DNA from: Octopus sinensis
Taxonomy: Eukaryota
Length of the DNA stretch: 64,000 bases
Direction: 5' to 3'
Assembly (NCBI RefSeq): GCF_006345805.1
Contig: NC_042997.1
Location: forward strand, 178,126,001 to 178,190,000
The notes below the pieces were generated by a model that had not been told where the DNA came from, searched no databases, and worked only from the letters and a program-made list of their open reading frames with translations. Position 1 is the first letter of the stretch, and the number at the start of each line of letters is the position of its first letter. Shown here in pieces: positions 37,605-50,213 of the stretch. Made by a program: the position numbers and the translations under genes.

Positions 37605-38158
37605 CAGTTAGGTTGTTTTTGTCATCAGAACTGCTGCTGCTGCTGTTACTAATAATAATACTAGTAATAATGATGATGATGATAATAATAATAATAAAAT
37701 TTTTCACTTGGTTGGCACAGCTTGCAGATGTTGACTGGCAATGCAATGAAAAAACATAATGAAGAAACAAGAACAAAAAAAAACAAAACAAAAAGCAACT
37801 ATATAAACAGTGTCTTGCAGAAATAACTTTTCCAATGCCTGCCTTTGTTTATTTTTGAAGTCTTTAATAGAACAGGCATTACCAACTTGTTTTACGTAAA
37901 AGGTGGAAAGATATATTAAAAGAAAAATAGAACAAAAAATAGAAATAAGGAAGAATATAGTTGAACCATACTGAGAGGAAAATCATTTATTATTATTATT
38001 TTTTTTTTTTTTTTTTTGCAAATATTGCAAGAAATTTGAGAAAAGTAGTTTAAGCAAACAGATTTCTTCAGAGAATTGTCTTTAAAGTAGATATAATTTT
38101 AGTTCTTAATTAAATAAAAATCTGTTTTCATTTTTTTGTGTTACACATATAGACATAA

Positions 38159-38197
<39 letters not shown>

Positions 38198-38423
38198 GAC
38201 ATACACACACATGTATATATATATATATACACATATATAAGAATTTCTTTGTCTTATATATACATACACACATATATGTATGTATTTAATATATAAATAC
38301 ACACATATACATATATATATATATACATACATACACATATATAAATATATATATACATACATACACATATATAAATATATATATATACATACATACACAT
38401 ATATAAATATATATATATATACA

Positions 38424-38868
38424 TACATCATCATCATCATTGTTTAACGTCCACTTTCCATGCTAGCATGGGATGGACAATTTGACTGAGGTCTGGCGAA
38501 CCAGATGGCTGCACCAGGCTCCAATCTGATCTGGCAGAGTTTCTACAGCTGAGAGTGTAGTGGGTGCATTTACATGCCACCGGCACGAGGGCCAGTCAGG
38601 CGGTACTGGCAACGGCCACGCTCAAGTGGTGTTTTTTACATGCCACCTGCACAGGAGCCAGTCCAGCGGCACTGGCAATGACCTTCCTCAAATGTTTTTC
38701 ACGTGCTACTGGCACATGTGCCAGTAAGGCAATGCTGGTAATGATCACACTTGAATGGTGCTTCTTACATGCCACCGGCACGGAAGCCAGTTAGCTGCTC
38801 TGGCAGCGATCACACTCAGATGGTGCTCTTAGCACTCCATTGGCACGGGTGCCAGTCATCGAATTTGC
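38424..38868 (-). mobile_element. RTE 3' tail copy
   Basis: (CAT)n plus conserved tail. Confidence 0.8.
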
Positions 38869-38869
38869 G

Positions 38870-40150
38870 AATAAGGATATCCAGAGGTAATACAGTGCGA
38901 TTGTTTCATGCAACTCCATTTAATTGAACAATGCAATCATTACATCAATTTAATCCAGCTGTAGAGCAATCTTCAGCTGTACAAAGACAGAATTTAATTA
39001 AATTAGAACAGATGGACACATTAGTATAATTATACCTAAAATCTCCAAGAAGTTAAGGAGATAGACAAAGAACCTGTCTCTACTTTAGCATAGAAGTTAC
39101 TAAAATTATCAAGAAGACTCTGCCTGCTACTAATTTTTTGTCTTTATGGGGTCAGTTTTAATTTATAGACTAGTTTATCAAATCCCTTGTATATCTAAGG
39201 CTGTGAGAACAGAGGGCAGTATCCGTTAGGGGTAAGAGTGAGGGAGTAGACAGAAATTCTAGTTGGTATAGTCATAAAAAAAATCAAGATTTATTATAAG
39301 CAATATCATGAGGTTTAGTAAGGGAAAACTTAAAACAAGATGTAAGCTGATAATTAAGGGGGTCACCCGCCAGCAGACTATTGATAATGAAACAGAGGAA
39401 GTCTTATCATGTGGTACTGTAGGTAAATATTTTAAACAATGTTGCTATGTATATAGTTAAAGTTTAGGGTTATTTAAAGGATTATTAAGAAGAATATTAT
39501 AACAAAAGGATTGAAATTTATATATATATATATATATATACATACATATATACACACATACCTATATACATACACACAAAAGTATTCATAAGTTTCTATC
39601 CTTTGAATAACCCTAAACTTTAACTGATAAAATCCCAAATTTTACTTAATTTGCTTTGCGGGAAGGACTGTTTCAACGAAGTCGGATATTGTCCTTACCT
39701 TTGAAATGTGGAGTAGATGAAACAGGGACAACTGATGAAGGGGAATATTCTTTATGTTGCAAATCTCATTTACTAAAAACAAGACGTGCTTTTACCTGTC
39801 TCCTCTCATAAGCTCATTCTCCTAGCGTTCATAATAATTTTTCTATCGTCTTGGCTTACAGCCCTCGCCGTTTGTTTTTACTGTCTTGTTCTCACTGTCC
39901 TGTTCTTGTTACCACTTTCAACCTCTGCAACAAATCCCAAATTTTATTTAATTTGCTTTGCGGGAAGGACTGCTTCAATGAAGTTGCGTATTGTCCTTAC
40001 CTTTGAAAAGCAGAGTAAATGAAAGAGGGACAACTGATGAAGGGGAATATTCTTTATGTTGCATATCTCATTTCTCTGTTTGTTTTTTTCGTTGTTCCAA
40101 AAAAAGTTCGTTTTCTATGTTTTCGTTTCTCATTGTGGTTAACGTTTTTT
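38870..40150 (-). mobile_element. Possible Penelope-like element relic with duplicated terminal repeats
   Basis: Weak minus-strand RT-like traces (ALDIQ, NLIKFCL, QLNGVA); about 135-bp direct repeat at 39630 and 39930; 23-bp inverted pair at about 39459 and 39599. Confidence 0.35.
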
Positions 40151-40261
40151 TGATGTCCTGTACCCATATATGCATGTATATATATATTATATGCATGTAT
40201 ATATATTATATATATGCATGTATATATATCATATATTATATATTGTCTATACTAAAACAGC

Positions 40262-40800
40262 CATGCTCTCTTCTTCAGGGTAACCTGTCATGGCATCCAA
40301 TAATATCAGAGACCTGGGTGTAATTGTAGATAACAATCTCAGATGGAGTGCCCACATCAACAATAAGGTCGATATAGTTTGTAAGATGAGTTCCTGGATC
40401 TTAAGAACCTTCTGGTCCAGAGAACAAGGTGTCATCATCCCACTTTTCTCCTCCTTTGGACAGCCATACCTCGAATACTGCTGCCCACTGTGGGCTCCCC
40501 ATACAAGACAAAACATCTTGAGGATTGAATCACCCCAGAGGGCACTCACTAAATGAATTGAAGGCATGACTGCACTCGATTATTGGGACTGCCTTAAAGC
40601 CTTGAAACTCTACTCTCTCCAGTGCTGCCGTGAGCAGTACATCATTTGTACGATGTGGAGAATATACCGCCAGCATTGCTCAAACGACCTGAACATTAGT
40701 TTCAAGGTTCATCCAGGGTTGGGACTACAGGCCATAACGTCCCCTGCCTAATTCAGGATCACAACATATAGGTATACTGCGACATAATTTATTTTCCTCA
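40262..40800 (+). mobile_element. CR1/L2-like LINE ORF2 3' fragment
   Basis: RDLGVIVDNNLRWSAHI, PYLEYCCPLWAPH, IESPQRALTK, LKALKLYSLQ. Confidence 0.85.
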
Positions 40801-41564
40801 ACAGGCTCTGCCCTGTTTTACTGTTTGTATTGAGCACTCTTTTACTTTTTCATTACGACTAACCACACAAACATTCACACACACACACATACAAACAAAT
40901 ATACAAAGTATTTTACTGGTTTTACTCATTGGAGTGTAGCCATGCTCAAAAGGTGTTAATCGATTATATCTATCCTTGACCCCCTACTCAATCTGCTGCT
41001 TATTTTATCAACCACATTACGTTATTAGATTCTTAATTTATCAACCACACAATGAGTGATAAAGTCAACTTATTGGGAAGGGACATAACTGCAATGTATC
41101 CAAATGCAAAATCTTTTTGTTCAATGTACTGATTTTGCCATTCTCCACTAACGTATATATACATACACATTTGACAGGCTTCCACAGTTTCTAATGATCA
41201 AATTTCAGCCACAGTCCTTGGTTCATATGAAGCTATGGTAAAAGATACCTGTCCAAGGCTGACATCAAATCTAGAATCAAAAAGTATCAAAGCAAATATG
41301 AAGACAAGATATCAATACCAGTGTCAACAATATTGACATTTGTTTTATAATCGTCATTATAATTATTTGCTTTTATTTATTTTTTTTTGTATTTCTAATC
41401 AGCCTCAGTATTTACAATAGAAAATAAGTACAATGTGGAATTGAGTATATGCCAAAATTTTAAAACAGTAAAAGACAGCAAAACTAAATGAAAGCAATGC
41501 TGATATTAGATTCTGTAATAGCAATAATAGTAACTGTTTCCAGTTTAGGTGCAAGGGTAACAAT

Positions 41565-42260
41565 TATGAGGGAAGTTGACTATGCCAGGATTTGAACTCA
41601 GAATGTAAAGAATTTTCTACACTAGGCACAAGGCCCAAAATTTTGGGGGAGGGAGCCAATTGATTAGATTTACCCCAGTATGCAACTGGTTCATAATATA
41701 TTAACCTCAAAAGGATGAAAAGCAAAGTCGACCTCAGCGGAATTTGAACTCGGAACATAAAAACAAATGAAATACTGTTAAGCATTTTGTGGCGTACCAA
41801 CGTTTCTGCCAGCTCGCTGCCTTAAAAATTGGAACAACTACCACAAGCAATTTGTCCAATGTTCTAAAGATTCTGCCAAGTTGCTGTCTTCCTTATAACA
41901 ATTCTTTCAAAATTTTGTGGGAGGGGCTTATCAGTTACATTGAGTAATTAACTTGTACTTATTTTATTGACCCTGAAAGGATGAAAAGCAAAGTTAACCT
42001 CAGTGGAATTTGAACTCAGAGTGTAAAGCCAAAAGAAATACCACTAAGCATTTTGTCTGACATGCTAACAACTCTGTTAGCTCATAACCTTAATAATAAT
42101 GATAAACCTTTCCTCTACACGGACAAGGCCTGAAACTTGTAGTGGAGGGTCCGGTTGATTATATTGACTCCAGTGCTCAACTGGTACTTCTTTCATTGAC
42201 CCCAAAAGAAATTCTGTTAAGCATTTTGTCCAACATGCTAACATTTCTGCCAGCTCACCA
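41565..42260 (-). mobile_element. Cluster of three partial SINE-C copies
   Basis: Repeated GAATTTGAACTC and TTTCTGCCAGCTC blocks. Confidence 0.7.
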
Positions 42261-43799
42261 TCTTACTCTGTTATAATAATAACAAGGGCAATGTATGGGA
42301 GAACATTATAGGGACAGATTACAAAATATTGGGGCTTATACAGAAATCAATTGAATGAAAAAGAGTGGTGGCACGTACAGTATACAAATGTGTCCAGACA
42401 AGAACTGTCAGCTTGAACCAGATAAAGAGCTCAACAGATCAAGGATTGCTCTGATTACAAAGGACGAATGCTCTCTCTCACCTTTGTTTCTTGACCAATA
42501 GGTATATGCTAAGTGTAGGCCCATTTACACTGGCTGTTTTTGTTACTTATACCTACCTTTCAGGAAATTCACTGGAGGATAGAACTTCCCTCCTCACTCT
42601 CAAAGGATTGGCCAAAAAGTAAAAGCAATCTCCATGTACTGTCAACCTTGTCTATCGCAGAATTTCTTTCACTATTTCATGCAACCAGACAGAGGAATAC
42701 TGCCTTCCCTTACTGTCTAAAGAAAGATGGTGAGATGATCTTCAACTGATTTATAAATCTCTCCTATGTATAACAGTAACAGCTGTTTGATGTAACTTCT
42801 GCAAGTCAGCAGTGCTCAAATACTGAATGAGTGTATGCAGAATGGTTTTGTCATCCTGAGAGCATTTCGGACAGGATTAGCTGATAATGCTAATATGCCT
42901 CTAGAGTTTTTCCTGAACTGGTAATGCAGCTCTTCCCAAAGCACTGCAAACTGACGATTTCCTTGAGCTGAAGGTTCTCTCAGAACAGGCTGTTCAGTTG
43001 ATTCTCATTGATATCCAAAGACTCCTTGAGAACTTATCATTCTTATCTGCCAAACTGTATTGAATGCAAGGCTTGATGTACGAGCCCCTGTGTTGATCAA
43101 CTGATAGAATGCTGTGACTTATTTCTTTACTGCCCACAAGGGGCTAAATAGAATACTGTGACTGCCTGACAACATTGTAGATACCAGGCAACCAATCTTG
43201 GTCTTCTCTTGACCCAGGACTGTAGCAGTAGAAAGACTTGGCTCACAAATGATGAAATCTTTAAAAAAATCTAGTAATCTTTGTAAAACCCTGCCACCTT
43301 ACAGTGAACCATCTGCACAGAGGAAGTTAGCAGTATACGAGTCTTCTGACCAGTGGAATGTTTTCTTTCCTTAAGAAGCAAAAAGAGTGGACACTGAAAC
43401 CAAGTTAGATGAAAACTGGAGCAAAGTACATAGTCAAATGATAGTAAATAAAAGAGGCAATATATGCATTGACCACAAGTGTCTGACAGATCTTTCAGCT
43501 TATTTCAGAGTGAGACTTGCCACTAAACTTGTAACCTAATCTTCACTAATACCCAAAAGCATCTCAAATGCATCTTAATGGAACTTAAGATACTGGATAG
43601 TATGACCTACCTCTCCATGTACTAAGTTACAAGCCTACTATCATGGTGTCAGAAACTGAAAGAAGCCATTGTGTGTGATTGTATTTCATTGTGTTGACGT
43701 GCAATTGTTTTAAATGGCATCACTGTCATACTTCCAATTTTTTGTGAAAATATGTCCAACCATGAGTACATCTTTCTTCAAAACAGGTGAAAGTTGAGA

Positions 43800-44026
43800 G
43801 TTAGTAGCCTGCACTTTTAACCTCAAGATTCTGAGTTCGATTCCAAGCAGTAACCTGAACAACAACAACAATAATAATAACATTGAAAAATACCTTAGGA
43901 ATGAGAAACCCAGGTTCAAAATTTCCCCCAAGACACCTGAAGAAGGCTGGAGGATATATCAGCCGAAATGTTGTGTTAACGATAAACAAGATGAGGACAA
44001 ATATCTGTCGAATGTAAATAATGTAC
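43800..44026 (+). mobile_element. tRNA-headed SINE with (AAC/AAT)n linker and hammerhead-containing tail
   Basis: B-box GTTCGATTCC; homologous to 58245-58476 on the minus strand. Confidence 0.75.
43932..43977 (+). ncRNA. Minimal hammerhead-like motif
   Basis: GACAC-CTGAAGA-A-GGCTG-loop-CAGCC-GAA-ATGT-T-GTGTT; helix III ATGT is a probable CpG-decayed ACGT palindrome. Confidence 0.55.
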
Positions 44027-44780
44027 AGATTTATTTTGTCCTGCAGTTAAACACCACATCCATGGTTCTTGAGTGCCTTTACAGGAGTCCACTTTGTTGC
44101 AAGCATTCACAGATCTTCAGTTAGATGATACTTTACCCTTCCTCTCTGTGAAGGACCCTGTGAAGAATAATAGGCTCTTTTCCTTCCTCTCCTGATTAAA
44201 AGATTACATACATACATATATACTCACACTTACATATAAGTGTAAGTGTATTCTGTGTAAAATGAAAACAGAACTTGAAAGTCCCCTTTGATTCTCTCTC
44301 ACCAGCTGCTGTGAGAATCATAGGAATTTCAACTGTTTCGTGGTCTGCTACCACAACAGCTCCTTTATAGGATCCACTTAGCTCAAGACATCACCAGGAG
44401 GAACCATGTCCGGTTTCAGGCCCTACAACACACACTAAATAACTTTCTGATATTATGAGCTTCTGTCTGGTCCTGAAGGATCCATTGTTGATTCTGGTGG
44501 TAGGAAGAGGGAGTTGAACTCAGAATGCTTAGAGCTGAAAGATATACTGCAAAGCATCATGTCTTGGATTTGTACTTTCTCAAGTCCAAAAAGATTAAAG
44601 GTAAAATCATTCTAGGTAGAATTTGAACTCAGAACACAGAAAGCTGGAACAGAAATTGGAATGGTATTCCATTCCATGCTTCAATAGCTGCCTCTTCAAA
44701 GCCATTACACGTATGCACAATGCTCAAACATATTTTCATGCATTATATATCTACACACACACAGCTATGTATACTGTATA

Positions 44781-45147
44781 TCTTTATATATAAAAGAGAA
44801 GTTATGTGTCTGTCTTCTATGATTTAGATTCCTAACTACTCCCACATTTTGCAGTGCAGTTTAACCAAAAGCGGGTATCTTATAGTCGTGATTCATATTG
44901 AGCCCTTCTGGGTATTAGCGCGTGTCTACGATGAGTCTACGATTTAAAAAAAAATTTACCATAATTTTTTTCGCTATTATATAAGGGAAGTAACTCTCTA
45001 AAAGTGTCTACGATGAGTTAACGATTAAAAAAAAATTACCACCATTTTTTCCCCATTTTTAATGCATTTTTTTGGCTATAACTCTCTAAAAATGCTTATA
45101 TAGTTATTTCCCTTACAAACCCAAGCAACGCCGGGCGATACTGCTAG
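44781..45147 (+). mobile_element. Non-autonomous Helitron (367 bp)
   Basis: 5' TC (TCTTTATATATAAAAG), 3' GC-rich hairpin-like CCCAAGCAACGCCGGG then CTAG, inserted between A and T, no TSD. Confidence 0.85.
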
Positions 45148-45264
45148 TGCTATATATATGTATACACAAACACATATACAAGCACCAGTCTATTGGAGTA
45201 GTGGTTCCCAATCAGTAATGGCTTAAAGTGTGATGATTCACCCAACCCATATCACATATACATG

Positions 45265-45950
45265 GTGTGGCTGTGTGGTAAGAAGTTTGCTTCCTAACTG
45301 CATGGTTCCAAGTTCAGTCCCATTGTGTGGCACCTTGGGCAAAGTGTCTTCTACTATAGCCTTGGGCCAAGCAAAGCCTTGTGAGTGAATTTGGTAGACA
45401 GAAACTGAAGCAAGCTGGCAGAAATGTTAGCACACCAGGCGAAATGCTTAGCAGTATTTTGTCTGCTGTTATGTTCTGAGTTCAAATTCCGCTGAGGTCG
45501 ACTTTGCCTTTCATCCTTTTGGGCTTGATTAAATAAGTACCAGTTACTCACTGGGGTCAATATAATCGACTTAATCCGTTTGTCTGTCCCCTCTGTGTTT
45601 AGCCCCTTGTAGGTAGTAAAGAAATAGGTATTTTGTCTGCTGTTACGTTCTGAGTTCAAATTCCGCCGAGGTCGACTTTGCCTTTCATCCTTTTGGGGTC
45701 GATGTAATCGACTTAATCCCTTTGTCTGCCCTTGTTTGTCCCCTCTATGTTGAACCCCTTATGAGCAATAAAGAAATAAGAAACTGAAAGAAGCCATTGT
45801 GAATATGTATGTTTGTGGTCTTCCAACACCACCTGACAACTAGTGCTGGTTTGTTTACATCCCTTTTACATTCAGTGAAAAGACTGATAAAATAAGTACT
45901 AGGGTCAATTTATTCGACTAAAAAGTTTTTAGCAAGTGAAAAATAAAAGC
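45265..45950 (+). mobile_element. SINE-A interrupted by a SINE-C with internal tandem duplication (about 45410-45780)
   Basis: AGAAACTGAA on both sides of the insert. Confidence 0.75.
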
Positions 45951-47069
45951 TAAAAGATGTAAACACACACATTTTTCTTTTGTTCATTTAATGACTAATT
46001 TTTTCCATGGTAGCTTGGGTGTGAACGTAGAATTATTTGGAGCAGGATTTTGTGGTTGAATGCTCTTCCTATTGTTAGCCTTTACCAGTTTTCAAGTTAA
46101 GGATTTTTTTTATCCTCGAAGTCCTCGAAAATGAAGCATGACTAGTCATAATGTCAACACCAACAAATAGCAAATGTGAAATAACAATAGCCACACCTAT
46201 TTCCACACACACAAAATAATTTGCATTGAATTGCTTGCAGTTTCCCTTATGAGGCACTGACCCAGAAATCAAATGGTTCTGAAACAAATTTCTTAACCAC
46301 CGCCTTTCCTTTGCCTATTACATACACACATGCACACACACACACAAATCCAATATTTTAGTCAACTGAAAGTTTCATTATCACAGTAGCACAAACAACC
46401 TTCAGGGAGATAAGATTACTTAAACCATTTGGGTCAGTGCCAACAAATGATTCATGGGGCAAAATTTTATAAACCCTCTTGGGACACAATATGATACAAA
46501 CTGAAAGGACTTTGAGGCTGATCCATTGGTCTGATGAAACAAATGTTGTGAATGGTTGGTCTTGAAGTGAAATAGCTAATCAGAAATCATCTTTTAGTAA
46601 AATGTATCTCGTGTGTCTCAAAAGGGTTAAATAGCTTTTGTTGTGAAAATTTTAAGTGAAACTATTAACAAAGGTTGGGGGTGAGGTGGGGGTAAGAAAA
46701 AGAAAATTCCAGCTAATAACTGGAGCATCAAGGACGATGTGTTAATTAAATAATAATCCTTTCTACTTTAGGCACAAGGCCTGAAATTTGGGGGGATGGG
46801 GACCTAGTCAATTACATAGCTTGGGCAGGAATTTTTGAGACAGTTTCTCAGCCAAATACCTTTCTTCATACCAGCTCTTATAGTCAAGACTCAACTGGTA
46901 CTTATTTTATCTCAAAGGATAAAAGGAAAAGTTGACCTCAGCAGCATTTGAACTCAGAATATAAAGATGGATGAAATGCCACTAAGCATTGATGCAATGT
47001 ACAAAAACTTCAGAAATATACGAAACATCAATAAAATGATGTAAAAATTAAAATCACATATTTATAGTA

Positions 47070-47170
47070 TAGGCAAGTGTCTTCTACTATAGCCTCAGGC
47101 TGACCAAAGCCTAGTGAGTGGATTTGGTAGATGGAAACTGGAAGAAGCCCGTTGCATATATGTGTGAGTG

Positions 47171-47203
<33 letters not shown>

Positions 47204-47409
47204 ATGTTTGTGTGTCTGTGTTTGTACCCCCAACATCGCTTGACAACCAATGGTGGTGTGTTTATGTCCCTGTAACTTAGAGGTTTGGCAAACGAGACTG
47301 ATAGAATAAGTACTAGGCTTACAAAGAATAAGTCCTGGGGTAGAGTTGCTCGACTAAAGGCGGTGCTCCAGCATGGTCACAGTCAAATGACTGAAACAAG
47401 TAAAAGAGT
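47070..47409 (+). mobile_element. 5'-truncated SINE-A
   Basis: Starts at GGCAAGTGTCTTCTACTATAGCC, full tail. Confidence 0.8.
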
Positions 47410-47899
47410 ATATATGTGTGAGTGCCATGAAATGCAAAACCTAACTGAAGTTTGGGCTCAGTAGCTTCCTCACTCCACTCCTATATCCAGTGCAGTATGT
47501 GGGGCACCAAACCACAGGATAGGCTAGTGTGATGAATATAAGCCAAGTAATAAAAAATAGAAAACATATGGGAATTCATGTTTTATAAAACATACTTGCC
47601 AGTAATTTGCCATATATAGTTTAAAATGCCATATATGTTTTCTGTATTTTATTGATACTATACACACACACTTCTCTCTCTCTCTCTGACTGGGGTAGCC
47701 ATGTATTTCATCCACTGAGTGAAATCTGTTTCTATCCCTCTGCCACACTGAAACCTCTCATCATCATCTGGCATGAAGCCAGCTCACTCGATACCATTCT
47801 CCTCCTCGGCTGAGGGGATTTTGTGTTGCAAATTACATGGTGATCTCACTGGTGCCCAGTCCACTCTGTAAAATGGTTGGCAAGAAATTAATTTTCAGA

Positions 47900-48570
47900 C
47901 ATCATCATCATCATCATCGTTTAACGTCCACTTTCCAAGCTAGCATGGGTTGGAGGATTTGACTGAGGACTGGCAAACAAAATGGCTGCACCAGACTCCA
48001 ATCTGATCTGGCAGAGTTTCTACAGCTGGATTCCCATCCTAACGCCAACCACTCCGAGAGTGTAGTGGGTGCTTTTACGTGCCACAGGCACGAGAGCCAG
48101 TTAGGTGGTGCTTTTTATGTGCCACCTGCACAGGAGCCAGTCCACCGGCACTGGCAACGACCTCGCTCGAATGCTTTTTTTCATGTGTCACCAGCACAAG
48201 TGCTTGTAAGGCGACGCAGGGAACGATCATGCTCGAATGGTGTTTTTAACGTGTCATTGACATGGAGGCCAGCTTGTTGCTCTGGCAACGATCTCACTCA
48301 TATGGTACTCTTAGCGCTCCACTAGCAACGGATGTTAGTCACCGAGTTTGATTTCGACTTTGATTTCACTTGCCTCAACAGGTCTTCGCAAGCAGAGTTT
48401 AGTGTTCGATGAAGGAAAGGCATGCATAAGTGGACTGGTTACATGGTCTCACTTGCACTTGCCAAGGTTATGGTCTCACTTGCACTCGCCAAGAAGGTTA
48501 TGGTCTCACTTGCACTCGCCAAGAAGGTTATGGTCTCACTTGTGCTTGCCGAGTCTTCTCAAGCACAGCA
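47900..48570 (-). mobile_element. RTE 3' tail copy with a 30-bp unit repeated about 4 times near its 5' junction
   Basis: GGTTATGGTCTCACTTGCACTCGCCAAGAA-like units at about 48437-48555. Confidence 0.8.
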
Positions 48571-48699
48571 TATTTCCCTATATAAAACAATAGGAGCTAA
48601 AAATAGAAAAGTAGAGCAGTCTACACAACAGCAAATAGAGAAGTGCTTAAAACCAGTTTGGAAAAGCAAAATCTATGTAGCTCGGGGAAGAAATATGAG

Positions 48700-49060
48700 A
48701 CTATCAAGGTGAGGTTCACCTCAGAGGAGAAGGCTAAAAATTTCTAGACAGCTACCCTAATGACTGAGAAACTAATCCTCATCCCATAACTTGGTCGGAG
48801 AGTATTCAGAGTTAGAATACTCAACATCCCACCAGAGATAAACATTTACTGGTTAGTGGCTGCAATTCTTCTTGACATAGAAGAGAAAAATCACAATTCT
48901 GTGAATACAGAAAATATACAAGCAGAACTGGTTAGGATAGGGGATGCTGCTACCAACACAAGATGACCAGCCACGTGTGGAGGCTATCCCAGATTGCACT
49001 AAGTTTCACGTAGCTGTTGAAGGCAGAAAGCAAAGGTATCACCTGTGCAGGGTTACAAAC
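48700..49060 (+). mobile_element. Degraded LINE ORF1-like relic
   Basis: RVRILNIPPEINIYWLVAAI and HVAVEGRK...C motifs across stops. Confidence 0.35.
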
Positions 49061-49268
49061 CACCTCAAAGCCTTTTGCCCACTTCTGTAAAGTGGCTGGC
49101 ATTAGGAAGGGTATTCAGCTGTAAAAACTATGCCAGAGCAGACAGTGAAACTTGGCACAGTCCCTAGGCTTACCAGCTCCTGTAAAACTTCCCAGCACAT
49201 GCCAGCTTGGAAGATAGATGTTAAATGATGAGATATGTGTGTGTGGGTGTATATATATATATATATAA

Positions 49269-49580
49269 TATATGACAATTATTCGGTAGCCAAGATAAAA
49301 CTCTGAGTTTCGGATGCCGAAGTGGAAATCTACACCACCATCTCTTCAGTTATCCAGCCATCTGAACTTTTCATAGAATAATCTATGTAATAGGCGTCCA
49401 TATTAAATTCTTCTGTGTGTTCTCAACCGATGTCTGTCGATTATCCAAAATAAGCTGTATTAGCTCTTAGTGAATAGTGCCGTTCAGATGGCCGGATAAC
49501 TGAAGAGATGGTGGTGTGGATATCCACCTCGACATCCGAAACTCAGAGTTTTATCTTGGCTACTGAATAATTGTCACATA
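49269..49580. repeat. Inverted repeat (about 98-bp arms, about 115-bp spacer), each arm with a hammerhead-like motif
   Basis: GATAA-CTGAAGA-GATG...CATC-C-GAA-ACTCAGAGT-T-TTATC at 49495-49555 (+) and 49294-49354 (-). Confidence 0.85.
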
Positions 49581-50213
49581 TTATATTTACAGATAAATTC
49601 CTCTATTTACATAATATTGAGGTCTCTTTCTTTTGTTATCTTACCGTTTTTACCAATATATATATATATATAGCATGTAATGAGGGACGAGGTTATCTCT
49701 GAACTATAATTATGTTAAGAGATTTTACTTATGTATTTAACTCTTTCCTGGTACTAAAGCCACTTATCTATTTAGAGTAGGGAGAACACAATTTAATTGC
49801 TATCTTCAATCTTTTTTTGGCAAGTATATAACTCTACACATCAACACGACATCATTATTCAACAAACAGGATGTTGCAAAGTATTGAGTCAATGGCTTTC
49901 AACAAAAAATAAAAGATCCTTTGATAATGATGTTGAAGGTCGGCCAGTAAGTTAGTTTAAGAAAATTCCTTTTGAGTAATTTCTATGAAAAAAAAAAAAA
50001 GAAAAGAAAGAAAGAGGAAAAGAAACACTGAATCCATACAACTTAATCTCCAATTGAGGTGAAGCTAAAATGACTTGAAAGAAATGTTTTTTTTTTACTA
50101 AAGATCGAACATTAAAATAGATTTTAAAAAAGAGCTTTGAACATCTTGAAAGTGAACCTTGAATTAATTTTCATGTTCAAGAGAAACAGATTGATTGAGA
50201 TTTTCTGAACATA

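Noticed and set aside
39720-40070. CTGATGA motifs as hammerheads
   Set aside because: No GAAA after the putative stem II, and no permutation gave a complete core.
42540-43080. Possible Helitron Rep/helicase relic (TDDFLELKVLSEQAVQLILIDIQRLLE)
   Set aside because: Only one short suggestive stretch amid stops and frameshifts; needs an HMM search.
44040-44440. Possible L1/Tx1 endonuclease relic on the minus strand
   Set aside because: Too degraded to support without alignment.
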